Shown: positions 1-13,582 of the stretch, piece after piece | Numbering within the stretch: the first letter of the stretch is position 1 | Layout: each line of letters opens with the position of its first letter | Assembly: GCF_000150275.1 (NCBI RefSeq) | Contig: NW_002060945.1 | Location: 3,890,059-3,954,058, forward strand | Direction of reading: 5' to 3' | From: Trichoplax adhaerens | Taxonomy: Eukaryota; Animalia; Placozoa | Length of the DNA stretch: 64,000 nucleotides | Position numbers and translations under genes: made by a program | The notes under the pieces: generated by a model | The model's database searches: none | What the model was told of the DNA's origin: nothing | What the model saw: only the letters and a program-made list of their open reading frames with translations

Positions 1-737
1 GCTAATCTATACGTATCATGTAACACTGTCTACGCGATTAACTTAGTGAAATAGTCCTATCTTTAATATAATTCGAATTAGTAACGATAAATGCATTTAT
101 ATTATAATTAGTGAAGGATATTATTTCATCGATTTATTAATAAGGACTGAGACATCATATGATCTTTGCATGATGAATTTTTTGTAGCATAAGTAATATT
201 AGTGACAAAGAATACGATGGATATTAATATCATACATTACATGTATAGGTTTCATGTCAGCATTTTTTATAAATGCGGTAGCTTTCTGAAAGGTATCCAA
301 TGTACTGTACTGTAAGTAATGTCATTGTAGTGTGGATTAGAATTGATTCAAGAAGTTTTTCAACAATATGTCTGCAAAAATTTGAGAATCTTTGATAGAA
401 ATAATACTACACATGCAAGTACGGTATGTAGTAACGTCGTATGCATTCTAATCGCAGTTTTAGACAACGGGTATTGTATATGCCATGACTGTGTTAACGT
501 GAGTAATCTATCGTCTAAGACTCGAATCTAAGTTTGGTTGATTAAAGAGTGCTTAGAGTTAGTTGCTTAGATAGTTAAGTCTACTTTAGAGGAAAGAATC
601 CCGTTTAATTCTTGTGTTACAATCTCGGTTGTGACAAGAACGTACATTGCGTTTTCAACAGAAATGCACGAATAGGTAAGAGTTTATAAATATCCTCCTG
701 AGATTATATTAAACTAGCAAATTGCTAATATTAGCAG

Positions 738-2517
738 TTAGATTGCTTCGTAGCGTAAAAGACAACATTCTGTTGCCGGAACGTTTAATCTGCAGTCAAG
801 GCCGGATATGCTGGAGTAAAAACGAACCAAATCATTTAAATTGTTAAAGTATGCAAATCCGTCCTGAAATAAAGAAGAAAAAAATAATTAGAAACTTTTG
901 GATAGTTATGAAGATAAATTTTAGTTTGTTATGTATATTCTTGTAAATTGCCATTATTCAGATGCTAGTGTTTGGAAATTATAGCTACTGAAGCTTATAA
1001 ATGCGATAATAAATGTTTTAAATATGGGATGAAGTCTTAAAGTGTAATTAATGTAGCTTCTTTACGTATGCATATCAACGGTATAAGAGATTAATTTTAA
1101 TTGTCACTATATTGTTGATTTCAGTGACAATTTATACGAGTATTTTCTGATAGATAGTGACTGTATGTGGACTTTTTTATATTAATAGTTACAAATTTTT
1201 TACATTTATTTTCCTCAACTAACCTTTTCTTTATCAAATATTTCATAGCGCTGGAAACGTTTTCGATAGGTAATTTCATAGTCAATAATGCTAGCATTGA
1301 GGCTAGCACGACATTCGGGATCGAAATTGGGTATAACTAATACACTTAGAATTAGGTGACCAAGATCAGTCTGGCTTTGTCGTATAACGAAAACGCCTCT
1401 GGTTTTGGCTTGATGGAGAAAAGATACGGTATCAGACCTACAATATAGACGTATGTTTGAAATGATGAGAACTGGTGCTAATTTAATAAATATTAATTAG
1501 TAGGCATTTTATACGGTATATACGTAATCATGGGATACCTACTATAATTGTTCACAAAGAAATTACAGAGGCAAGCAACAGGTTGTTTTAAGCTTACCAA
1601 GAGAAATCTAGTCTCAACCAACGTCTTGCTCCATCGTATAAAGATATATGGCTAAATTATAAATACAAAAACATTTGATAAAGATTTATAAAGGCACTGT
1701 AGTAACTGACTAGTTTATATTTATTTGATAAATATGCCAGAGCTATTAGATTGTTAATATCATTAGATTAAAGCATTTTTCACATGTAGGTTGATTTTTA
1801 ATTTCATATTTTAATTATATGCGGAGTGATAAACAATTTGTCACCTGTGGTGTGGCAAGAACAAACGTTGTTATCAGACATAATGACTTCTCAAAAACCT
1901 TTACATTTATTGAAGGCACTGTAATATCCTATATTACTAACATGACGGTAACAGCATTGATTTAAATTAAGCCATCGCCTTTTATGATAATAAATTGCGT
2001 ACCATGATCTCTAGAGCAACGGTAAGTTGCATCATTGTTATCATTTTAGATAGTTTAGAGATATATGTGCGTATCCGCGGTAAATGTCAACTCGAATGTT
2101 CTAAATTCTATTTTAGAAATAAAATATTTTGCTGATACCGATACTGCAAACGTGGTCTAAATTTCAGATAGCGCCCGTTCGATGTGATATTTTAGCAGTA
2201 TGAATAATCATATTATTACCTTAGGAGAAGACTAACTTTTGAGTTCTTAAAAAGAGGTTAATGAGTTAATAAGTGTTTCAGTGATATTTTTTCATAATGA
2301 TTTCATTAATAAATTAGCTTTATTCTATTTATTCAATAATTTGGATACGGGTAATAAAATTTTTTGGCTATCATCTATTATGATAAGGACACTAGGAGTC
2401 GCCGTAATCACACATTGTAATCTGTAGAATACTTGTATTGCTTGATATCACTGGATTAATAAATTTACTAACAGTAAAATCATAATTGGTTAAAGAACTT
2501 CTAATAGAAGAACTCAT
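738..2517 (-). CDS. Small stand-alone SH2-domain protein (~154 aa; predicted coding exons 2517-2473, 2245-2220, 1651-1598, 1437-1224, 863-738)
   Basis: Manual splicing at GT-AG sites with consistent phases gives ...RRWLRLDFSWSDTVSFLHQAKTRGVFVIRQSQTDLGHLILSV...IIDYEITYRKRFQRYEIF...YFNNLNDLVRFYSSISGLDCRLNVP. This has the SH2 G-F-L/V-I-R-x-S signature, the LSV strand and the C-terminal F..L..LV.FY...GL...L..P pattern. The last three exons are solid; the first two exons and the start codon are tentative. Confidence 0.7.
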
Positions 2518-4720
2518 CAAATTCGATACAATGCTGGTAGCATAAATCCCGATATGTTATTAATTGACTGTGAGAAATAAATATTCGAAATCATACTGTC
2601 AACAAACTGAGTTACGAATTTAAGGAAGCACTATGTCAATTCTAATGTATTGCGCTGGTTAATTTGATCACGATTGTCATTTTTAGAGGACATTTCAGCG
2701 TTGAATTTGTATAAACATAAAGACTAGAGCCTTTCGCTTTTGATGTAGTTACTTAATCGATTCGCTACATAATCTTGCTTACTAGCAAACTACCTGAATT
2801 GTTGTCGTAGCTGATAGTAGGCTTTTCTATCATTCATTCGAAGCGATTTGATTAATTCGAGGAAATTTGGCGTTGAAGTTGAAATCATCCTTGTTGAGCG
2901 TTGACTTGACAGTTCTTGTTTTAAATTAAAGGCGTGTACTATATTCTCGTACTATTATTACTCTGTGAGTTAAAATTGAAGAGAAACCAAGTAATATTCT
3001 TGAAATAATCTTGCTTGGCAGTCAAGTTAGGGAATAGTTAAATGATTTGATGGGCGCAAATATCTTCTTGATTTAACAGAAAAAAAAGCAATGACGAGTT
3101 AAATGAAATCCAAAGTAATTGATAGGCTGATATAGTAATTATAATTATCGGTGGGCCATCAATTATTATCCTTGGTATCTAGTTATGCGAGCATAATTAC
3201 TTCTGGTAGACTCAATTACGCCAATATGAATCATCAACCGTTTGTTATTTATTATTAACTGGTTAACAAAGGAGTATTCTGTCTATTTTAAAGATTACTA
3301 GACAACATACATATGCATATAGAAAAGCATAATACGTTGTTAGTAAAGCGAGTATCATCACGTGTCTAATTGAAGGCATTCATCGTCCACCCATACGAGA
3401 ATAGGCTAAAATAATATTGTTATCACAACAGGCTATTAGCCGTTCTAAGTGCTTAGGGGGTATTTCATTAAATCTCCGTTATAAGAGTATATTTACTTCG
3501 ATGAGTTAGAAAGAGATATACTTATGACTACACTTTGGTGAACAGTAGTCTATGGTAATAATTATATCATTAAATTTGTTTACGTATTAGTTGCTATAAT
3601 GGAGTGATGATCATTGACCAGAGCGTAATGATTACCATAGTTTTAAATTTAGTCTAGTTGTAATTTTTTTAAACTTCGAAATGTGCGTTCTATGTTTCTA
3701 CTTGGGTTTTGTATTACGGCTATTAGCCTATTACACCTATTGAGATTTCTTGTTTATGTATTGTGTGATTTACGTCATATTTTGCACAGCAACGAAGAGG
3801 AAGAAAGTCTAAACTAAAATTTTTTTAAATAATTAATATCGCATCGAATCTATAATAAACTCCGGCATAATTAATCAAGAAACTCATCATAATGATATAC
3901 ATAAACGAGATTCATGGAACTCGTAAAATATTTTTATCATTTCCTCATCTTATACCTACAACATTGGTGATTCCATTGCCTTAGCATTGCGAGAACGATA
4001 GATCTTGTGTTGGATATTAACTGGAGTACAGTCCAACTTATTAACTGAAGTTGAAAGTTGGGTTGTTCGCTTTGTTACAACACTTTTGAGCTAATAAATT
4101 AATGCAATGGTGAAAGTACTGTAATCTGTAGGATTACTTCAAAGACATAGTCTACAGAGGTGACTTTTTTTCTATTTACGATATAATATATCATTGCTTT
4201 TATTTCTAAACTACAGATACTGCTTTACTTAACTGTAGATAAAATCGAAGGTAAAAATCTATGCTGGCATCATTCGTAGAGTAGTACCTTCTTGATATTG
4301 TTTCGTCCAAAAATTGACTCTAAATCAGCACTGGCTGTAATTGTAATTGCAGCCACTGCAGTTTAACTATCCCGTCGCCTTCATCTAGTGTACAGACATG
4401 AGTCATAAATATTATAGAAAACCCCTATCGATAAGTCCCAGGGAATCTCTGCAATTGCTTTATGGCTTATCAGTTCTATAAATAGTTCATTAAATTAAGA
4501 TAGATGCTTTACAGGAGGCGTTCGTTAGTCTTTCAGAACTTAATATTGGAGTAATGGCAGCAGTTTGTTTGATGTAGTACTTGGGCTGGCCACTTCATTA
4601 TTTTTTTCCTAGCATGATTCTAGTATGGAAAGAAGATTTCATACTTTGGTCTAGCCTTCATCAAAAGCGGAATGATTGAATCATTGTGGTCAATGGTCCT
4701 ATCTTGTCCAACCTAGATTT

Positions 4721-4762
4721 AATCATGGACTACTAGAAAAATGCTTCTAGTAGTCCATGATT
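4721..4762. repeat. Perfect 18-bp inverted repeat with 6-nt loop (AATCATGGACTACTAGAA...TTCTAGTAGTCCATGATT)
   Basis: Read directly. A related degenerate copy (GACTACTACTAGAAG...TTTAGTAGTCCATG) lies at ~5292-5323. Confidence 0.85.
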
Positions 4763-5399
4763 TACTATACGTATAAATACAGTAATACTGCATAGAGTAC
4801 TGTACAGTGTAACTAACTAATCTGATTTGATAAACAAACAAAAATACTTGTTAATTTAAATAAGAAATGGAAAAGATTTAATACCAAAATAGATACTGAT
4901 TGATTTGGATTTGAAAGTTTAATTTAAGTCATAAGAGTTATTGCTAACTGAACTATTTTTTACGAGCCATTAAACGTCGCTACTGTAAGGCATGGAGTAC
5001 AACAGAAATAGTAGTGTACGTCGATTCCATGTAGATTTCCATGCGTTCTCTGATATTAATAATTCACTTTCCAGCAGTAAGAATATTACTAGAACGATTC
5101 AGTGCTCATGGTATGTATTTGAAGACTGTTAATGTGATTTTTGTGTCATACAGTATACATAATTATATTTGCCTATCCCGTAGAAGTGGGATTACTATTA
5201 ATTAGTGAACCTAGAAGTGATCAATACGGCTAATTAAACTTGTACGATAGTCCCTTATCCCTTATGCCATAGACTTCTGAAAGATGCGTAGACTACTACT
5301 AGAAGTAAGTTTAGTAGTCCATGTCTATGCGCTTTCTTCTGAAAGAGTCTAGAAGGAGTTTGGCTGCCATGTGCTTTCGTACACTGCAGGCAGACTTTT

Positions 5400-5527
5400 A
5401 GATACAGTACTACGCAGGTCCATATTTTTAGTACAGTACAGTACAGTACGTACTGTACTCCACAGTGTTAATACTGTAGCATACACCGTGCATTGTACTG
5501 TACTTTACGGTACAGTACAGTACTGTA
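5400..5527. repeat. (GTACA)n/(TGTAC)n palindromic pentamer cluster upstream of ELP1
   Basis: Multiple TACAGTAC / GTACTGTA units in both orientations, ~190-310 bp upstream of the ELP1 ATG. Confidence 0.75.
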
Positions 5528-5711
5528 ATGTCCTGTATTGTGGCCTGGCTAATAAGGCTACAAAAAGGACCTCGCAGTTGCTGGCTTTAATTGAAGGATA
5601 GATTATCCAGTCATTAAAGTTCTTCAATTTCGTTCTAGTTAATTGCAGCTATTGGAAGATAGTGGGTTTGGTTTGTCCTGGTATTGTAAGTGATCTGATC
5701 CTGCTGCTATT

Positions 5712-8700
5712 ATGAGAAATTTAAGGCTTATCAACGCAACAACTATTAGCTCGTTATGCTGCCTTGTTCGATGCATCGCTGTTAACAATCTGCAACGAGA
5801 AGTGTATCTTCTAACTTGCAATAAGATTATCATCTTGAGCCTGGATAATAATAATGTATGTTTTTGGCCCTTGGAAAGTTGTATATGTGTGTATATATAC
5901 GCGAGATGGGAGAGGCATTTAGTTATCGTTAGTTCTATTAGGGAAACTGACTATTAGCTAGCTAGTTCGAATTATATTGTCTATGGTATTAGTACTGTAT
6001 GCGAGCTAGCTTTTTAAATGTCAATTAGGTTGTTGCATACATGATAGAACGTTTACTGTTACAATTTTGTTGTCAGAAATTGCATTTACTTGATATAACT
6101 TGTAAAAATGTTATTATATTACTGGTGCGTGCATGATGATTGATTAAATGTGCGATGAATTATGTTACGATACGTATTGGCTTAATAATGTGGAGTAATA
6201 GATTGATCCCAGCTACATTGCTTAACTAGTGCTAGCACAAACTTTGGGTGTACTAACAGCTAATTACTTTAATCTTAGATGCCACTAGATTGATCGATGT
6301 GAATAGGATTCTTTTTTTACAATAATAATACTGCTATAATAATAAGGATTTGCTACTCTAATTGAAAGGTCATCGACAGTGTAGAAATTGATCCTATCGA
6401 GGATCAGAATAGGTTCCCTGTAAATGCTGAATATTTACTTGAAAGCGAATCTTTGTGTATTGCCATGAAAGATGGGGACGTTTTATTATATCATTGCAAT
6501 AGCCAGCAAATTGAATGTGTCGGGTCTGTTGAATCTGGTATAAATTGCATGGCATGGTCACCAGATCAGGAATTAGTGCTTCTCTCGACAGGTAATATAG
6601 CTTGCTCAGCGAGCGATCAGTAGATTTTTCAGAGCTAACGGCTATACCTTGTCAACTTTGAGACTAAGTTGTCAATGTTAGTTAACAAATTATTATATCG
6701 ATTATACATAATTAGATTAAAGCTTATCGCACATGTCTGCTCGCTAATCTAAATTTTTCTTAATTTAATATCACATCATCAACAGCTGAAAGTAAGATTA
6801 TTATGATGACTAAAGATTTTGATGTTATTACTGAAATTTCATCTCAAACGGAAGATTTTGGTGAAAGTAAGTCATGTAGTGGAGATGAAAAAGTATGGTT
6901 TTGTAACAATAATGTTGTGCTGTCGCAATTTTATGCTATTTGTACTCAAATACAGAAAATTGCAGCCTAAAGTAGATTTCACCTGGTGAATTTACTGCTC
7001 ACTACCAGGTTATTTACGTACAAGGAAACAGTGCGATAGTCCAGTATTGAAACTAGTTGTTATATTTTTTACTTTATGGGTACTTTGTGGTAGGGTCTTA
7101 ATTCAAAGTAGATAGAATAATTCGTATAATCTGCTGGAAATATCAAATAGTTACCGTGCGACTGCGACTGTTAATATTTCGCATTTGATTTCTTGTAATA
7201 TTGTTGCAAGGGTTGCATATACGCGTAATTTTTCTATTGTGAAATTACGAAGGATTAATGGTTATGCTAGATACTTAAATCAGTATTATTACCCTAACTT
7301 TTAGATAAACCAATAAATGTCGGATGGGGTAAAAAAGAAACTCAATTTCATGGCTCTGCCGGCAAACCTAAAGTTGGTGACGGTATGGAAAAGGTATCAT
7401 AATGACATTTGCTCGTACTCGTATTTTTTGCAAGTTACTACTGAGGACGTATACTTTATTTTGTATGTATGTAATGGAATTGTTCTATATCTAGGCTCCT
7501 GTACCTGTAGCAGATTGGGATGATGGCCTATCTAAGTTAAGCTGGCGAGGTGATGGACAGTATTTTGTTTGCAATGTTGTAAATCAAACAACAGGTAAAT
7601 CTCGTTCCTATATTTGCTGATACTGCTTCACCCTTTACAACATTATCGTGAAATAGTTATTAACTAACTATACGTAGGTGCCCGGCAGCTGAGATTTTGG
7701 AGTCGTGAGGGTATTTTACAATCTACTAGTGAGAATAGTGACGGTCTAGAGGGACCACTACATTGGAGGTAAGATCATTGTCTTACTTTGTATGCTGGTA
7801 TATTTAAATTTTATATTGGGTAGACTTTGATTTGAATTATAACTTGTAATCACAGGCCATCTGGTAATCTAATTGCTACTGCACAACGTAAACCACAATA
7901 CTACAACGTGCTATTCTTTGAAAGAAATGGTTTACGCAGAAGTGAATTTACGCTACCTTTTAGTGATTCTGAAACTAGGGTAACAATACTGTTACGACTA
8001 TATTTTGTGTCTTTACGTACAGATCATATATTATTATTATGTTTAATACATAGGTTATCGACTTAGTTTGGAATCTCGATTCAAAACTGTTAGCTGTTCG
8101 GCTAGAAACAACTACTTTTCATAACGATGTTGATGGATCGGATATTCGATCTTACGGTATGGTTTATTCTAATCACTTCAGCTGCAAATTAAAGACATAA
8201 CACTAGCAATGAATTGAATGTTATTAACCTAATGCATGAGATGTATTTATCATTTTCAGTGCAATTATGGTTTTGCAATAATTCTCATTGGTACTGCAAA
8301 CAGGAAATATCATTTACAACTGCCGATCGTATAGCGTGTATACAATGGGATACTGATGTATCTTACCGTCTGCATATTGCAACTTTTGGTAAGGAAAAAG
8401 TAAAAGTTATAATATGAAGGAATCAAGAGTAAAACTAATTCATTTGTGGAATGTACATACACATAGGGGGAAAGTATTTGCAGTACAATTGGTATTGGGA
8501 TGTTGATTATAGCCAAGCACATGTAGCTGGCAACCTTTCATCTGTCGCTGTAATTGATGGAGGTCAGATATTATAGCGTAGAATTTTAGTAAACGTCGTA
8601 TAATATGATAGTAAACCCAATGATATTTAACTTAAGTAATTGAGTAATCAGATCGACTCTGCTGTTTATTTAGATCGTTTACTGGTAACTCCATTCTCTA

Positions 8701-11700
8701 TAATGGTTATGCCTCCGCCGATGTCGGCATACTACATAAAAGCAGAGAGCTCTATTAATCAAGTTTGTTTTGGTCCATCTGGCATTAGTAATGACTTTGC
8801 TATTGTGTTAGCTAACATGAACATTGCAATTTATACCTACTGTGATGGCCCTGATACTTTAACAAATGAAAAATCGATTAAATTGAGTGGTACAGGTGGT
8901 GTAGGATTTAAAACTTCATTAAAATTACCTAGACTTCAAGGAACCTTTAAGTGAGTAACATTCACTGCATAATAAAAACATAGCAGCCATTCTAAGGAAA
9001 ATGTTATATATACTCTTTTGTTTTAGATTATTTCTTAAAGACAGTAAACCAATCAATAATTTATATCAGTTGCAACATTTATCATGGCTTACTTCTAATA
9101 AGTTTCTTGCCATCATGTGGGATGACTGTAACATGAAGAATTATTTACTTTATCTTCATTTAATAGAAGACGAAGAGAAGAGAATTATTGTTAGGTATAG
9201 AGTTCACTCACACTGTTCAGCATAATGGTTTAAAGTAGTGTATCACTACCAGATAGCTGTAAGGAATGCAGCACCTTATGTTAACCCCAGTTTATCATTT
9301 CTCAACTAGGGATACGTTAGAACTGCCCAAGATGGTGCTACGATTAGTTACCAATCATGATACTCTGTCTACAATTATACAATATGTAGATGGCAGCGTC
9401 TGGCGATATTGTCACGGTAACATAATAGGTTTTTGTAAATATTTTCATAATATTTTAAGGCTTGTACAGTATTGCTTAGACTAGATAATCACTTCATCTA
9501 GACGATCATATGAAGTTGATTCCTTGGCTATTGCCGAATGGAATGTCTCTTCAGCTACCACAACCATGCCAATACATTGCTACAGCTGTAATGAATGATT
9601 CGGTTCGGTTTTAGTTGTAGTTTGATTTGTATATTACATGAAACCTTGCATTAATTGTTATGGGTATAACTATATCTCGCCACAGGAGGTTGTGATCGGT
9701 AGCAATGAAAGATTTAGAATATATATTAATGATAAAGAGGTATTTTGCACCTTTGCTACTATACTTTATATACACCGGTTTAGATAAATATGATTGGTCT
9801 AATGAGAATCGTTTATTGATTTTGTTGACAGATTGCTAACAACTGCACATCTTTTTGTGTGCATGATTCGTTTCTAATATTTTCGACTCATTCGCATACA
9901 TGCCGATTTGTAAGTTTGTTATCAGATTGGGAAAGTGAGTAATCGTCGTTTTATTTTCTTGCCACTTACACACATGTAATCGTCGCTGCTAATTTTATTA
10001 TAAGATATTAGGTCATATCCAACTAATGAGTCAGCGCCATTTGATGAGAATGTTCGTCGTATGGAAAGGGGATCTAAAATTGTTTTGGCTGTTTCTGATA
10101 GTACAAAACTTGTATTTCAGGTATTTATTTCATCTGCTTTTATCTCAGTACTATTTTCAGTTAATTGTTTATACCAATTTCATAGATGCCTCGGGGTAAT
10201 TTAGAAGCCATCCATCCGCGCGCATTGCTGTTGCATTCCGTCCGACGATTACTGGATAAGTAAGCAGGAACTTCCGTACGCATAAAGTTTAGTGTAAACA
10301 GATTGATTCTTATATATCTTCTATCACTTGACGATTATAAATGGAGGCTAAACTTTGGAGAGGCGTTCTTATTAATGCGCAAACATAGAATCAATTCAAA
10401 TCTTCTATATGATCACAATCCGAAGGTTAGCTAAGAGATAGTTCGATAGCATAAGTTTTAAAAAACAACGGCTTTAAAATAGTACGGGATAAAAAATGAC
10501 CAAGATTTAACACTTCTCTGTACATTCACTAGGGTTTTATGGAAAACATCGATATCTTCATTAGGCAAATAGACGATGTCAACTTCATTAATCTCTTTCT
10601 ATCGGATTTAAGGTGGATATACACAATCACTGTTTCAGAATGACATTCTTTGCCAGCATAGGGGTAAATTTCGTTTGTAAAATATACAATAAATCTTAAT
10701 TTTATAAACTATAAAAATTATAGAGAAGAAGATGTCACAATTACCATGTACACAGCTGAACAATCAAGGCCATCTTCAAGGTTGGTTTTTTGCAGTGCTA
10801 AAGGATGAAATCGATTAAATTTGATTAAGTTTTATTCTTTACTTTTAATCCAACACTGAAGCATTCCGCTTACTGGAAGTAAAATCGATAAAATTTGCGA
10901 CGCCGTTCGTGAATCGCTTACTTTAATAAATTTTAATAAGTAAGCGACCAAAATAAAATTTAACATGAATTGTATTAAGTTATTAAAAGTTACTTTGTTG
11001 TAATAAATATAAATTTACTTTGAAGATATATCCTCTCAGTCATCACGTCGTATGTGAAAAAAACCACAGCAGAATTAGATAAAGCCTTACAACTTATAAA
11101 ATCGTTAGCAGGTTACTAATGATTTTAATCATTACCTTAATGTGAACATAAAATTTCATCATATTTATTAATTTTTCTTAGATAAAACAGCAGTCTCAGA
11201 AGGAGGTGTTAGCTACCTGGAAGCATTGAAGTACTTACTAGTTTTAGTTGATGTTAACGAACTGTACAATGTTGCTTTAGGAATGTATGACTTCGATATC
11301 GTCTTAATGGTAGCCGAAAGATCGCAGAAGGTTAATACTCATAGGAATGATTACTATAAATATTCTTACGTATATAAATACTCATGGTCTGATTTTAATA
11401 AGTAGGATCCTAAAGAGTATCTGCCATTTCTGAATTCCCTTAAAAAGATGGAATCTAATTACTCAAAATACAGTATTGATAAATTCTTAAAAAAATATGA
11501 TAGAGCTATTGTTCATCTCAGTCGATGTGGTAGCGAGTACTTCGATGAACTGTTGCAATTGATTGAGAAGCAGAAATTATATCGGCAAGCCCTTTCTTTA
11601 TATCCGGTTGATTCAGATCGATTCAAAGTGAGAATTTAGTGTGACCTCGTTGTTATCCGATTCAAGTTTGCTTATAAGTTTCTTTTTATAATTATCCACA

Positions 11701-13582
11701 TGTTCATTTTTTAGTCAATTTGTAAGAAATACGGCTTATACCTAAAGAATATAGATAATCATTTGGAAGCTGCACTTAGTAAGAAACCATGACATGAATT
11801 CTTTTAGTTATATTTATAATTATGATTTTTATGAAATTGTTATATTTGTAACACCATAATTTGTGATTGTAGTGTTTGCGAAGGGTAATGAATATGAATT
11901 AGCCAGGATATCATTTATAAAGTGTCGTAATTGGCAGCAAGCGTTCTGTATGGCATCAAAGCTACGATTTAGCATAGCTGAAACATCAAAAATGGCGAAT
12001 AAAATTGCTAGTAAGATTTTCTTGCTAGTGTAATTTCCTAATTGTAAAGTATTGAAAGTTTGAATTATAAAACTGTTTAGGCGACTTGTGCGATGCACGA
12101 AATCATCCCTGGCAGCTGCTACAGTACTCTTAGACTATGCTAACGTAAGTGTGTGCAGTCAGCAGTCTCTAGAGCAGTAAAGTTTAGATATGACTGAACT
12201 CTTACATAAGTAATTAAAATTTTGGTAGGAAACCGAACAAGCGATCGTAACATTGATTAATGGTTGCTTATGGAATGAAGCATTGAGATTAGTAAGAGAA
12301 GTGAACCTGGAGAGTTTATTGACACTTCAGATTGCTATCGTAGATTGTATTTTATAACGTTAAATTAATTTTATTTTTGCAGATGCATCGTCACGATAGG
12401 ACTGATATGATAGAGAGTCATTTTTTGAGTGCTTTAATAGATAGTAAGATCAGATGTTATTCAGCAGAGCTATTAAATACTGTAGTTTTATAGCTTTTGT
12501 GATTGCTTATGCAATTATGACTCAATGACTATTTATTATAGGCTATCAGGCACAAAGCGCATATTTGAAAAATAGCATTACTCAGTTCAGGAGACATAAT
12601 GATAGATTGATAAAAGTAAGAGAAGAAAAGAGGGAAAAAATGCAAGAGGTTGCAGGTAAGAATACTGTTGGCCTTATTAATTAGTATAAAATAACTTTGG
12701 AATTTTTAATTTTACTTAGATGGCGGCGATGATGGGGATTTGTATTCAGAGACTACAAGTATTACTGGTCGATCTACAAGATCAAGTATTTATAGTAGGA
12801 CTACAGGGTAAGCATATTTCCTAAAATTACTCAACTAATTATTGTTATCAGAAGTATCAATTTAATTTAATTTAATGCAGCCGTACTTCGAAAAGTCGAA
12901 GAAAAGTTGAAAGAAAGAGATATAGCTTACGTGAAGGAAGTCCGTACGAAGATATTGCTTTAATGGAGGCTCTAAGTCAAATGATTAGGACGTTGTCTAC
13001 AACTAAAGGTTACTAATTAGTTTGCTATAGTTATACTGTAAACATTCAATCCAATTAAAATTCGATTTTATGCCAATGATTTTTCTAAATGCAAAGACGA
13101 TATTCGTTCCCTGATGGAAATATTAATCATTTTCAATCACGATTCGGAGGCAGCTGTGCTGCAAGATATTCTTGAAGAATATATGACCACTGTTAAAACT
13201 TCACTCAAAAATATATGGCCGTCTGATGGAGTTTATCACCATGTAAGATTAATGTTACTCTACTATGTAATCATCAAATAAAACTTCTCTAATTATCGAT
13301 CTAATATTGATACATTCAATAGCAATTTGGACCTGATTATAACACCAGTGATATTGCTGATGCTACGTTAAATAAAACCAAACCTGCAATGGCTTTGGCA
13401 GTGGACAATGATATAGACTATCCAAGTACGTGGATTTCCTATCTAAGAATTATTTAGCAACGTTAGTTATAGACGGCAGTATTTCTTAATTCTAATTCAA
13501 CATGTGTGCAATTGTAGCTCAACCCGATATAGCGAAAACCATATTGTTTGAGAGCAAATGGAAATTGGAACTGTTTAAATAA
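5712..13582 (+). CDS. ELP1: Elongator complex protein 1 (IKBKAP), ~36 coding exons
   Basis: Spliced peptides match ELP1 hallmarks: N-terminal [176 protein letters not shown]-terminal WKLELFK*. Confidence 0.96.

Noticed and set aside
2795-4712. Exon-like segments upstream of the SH2 gene
   Set aside because: They could not be joined into an open frame with the SH2 exons. They may be UTR exons or a separate unrecognised gene.
5371-5601. ORFs rich in TVLYC/STVQY (also 32105-32404)
   Set aside because: These are translations of the GTACA pentamer arrays, not proteins.
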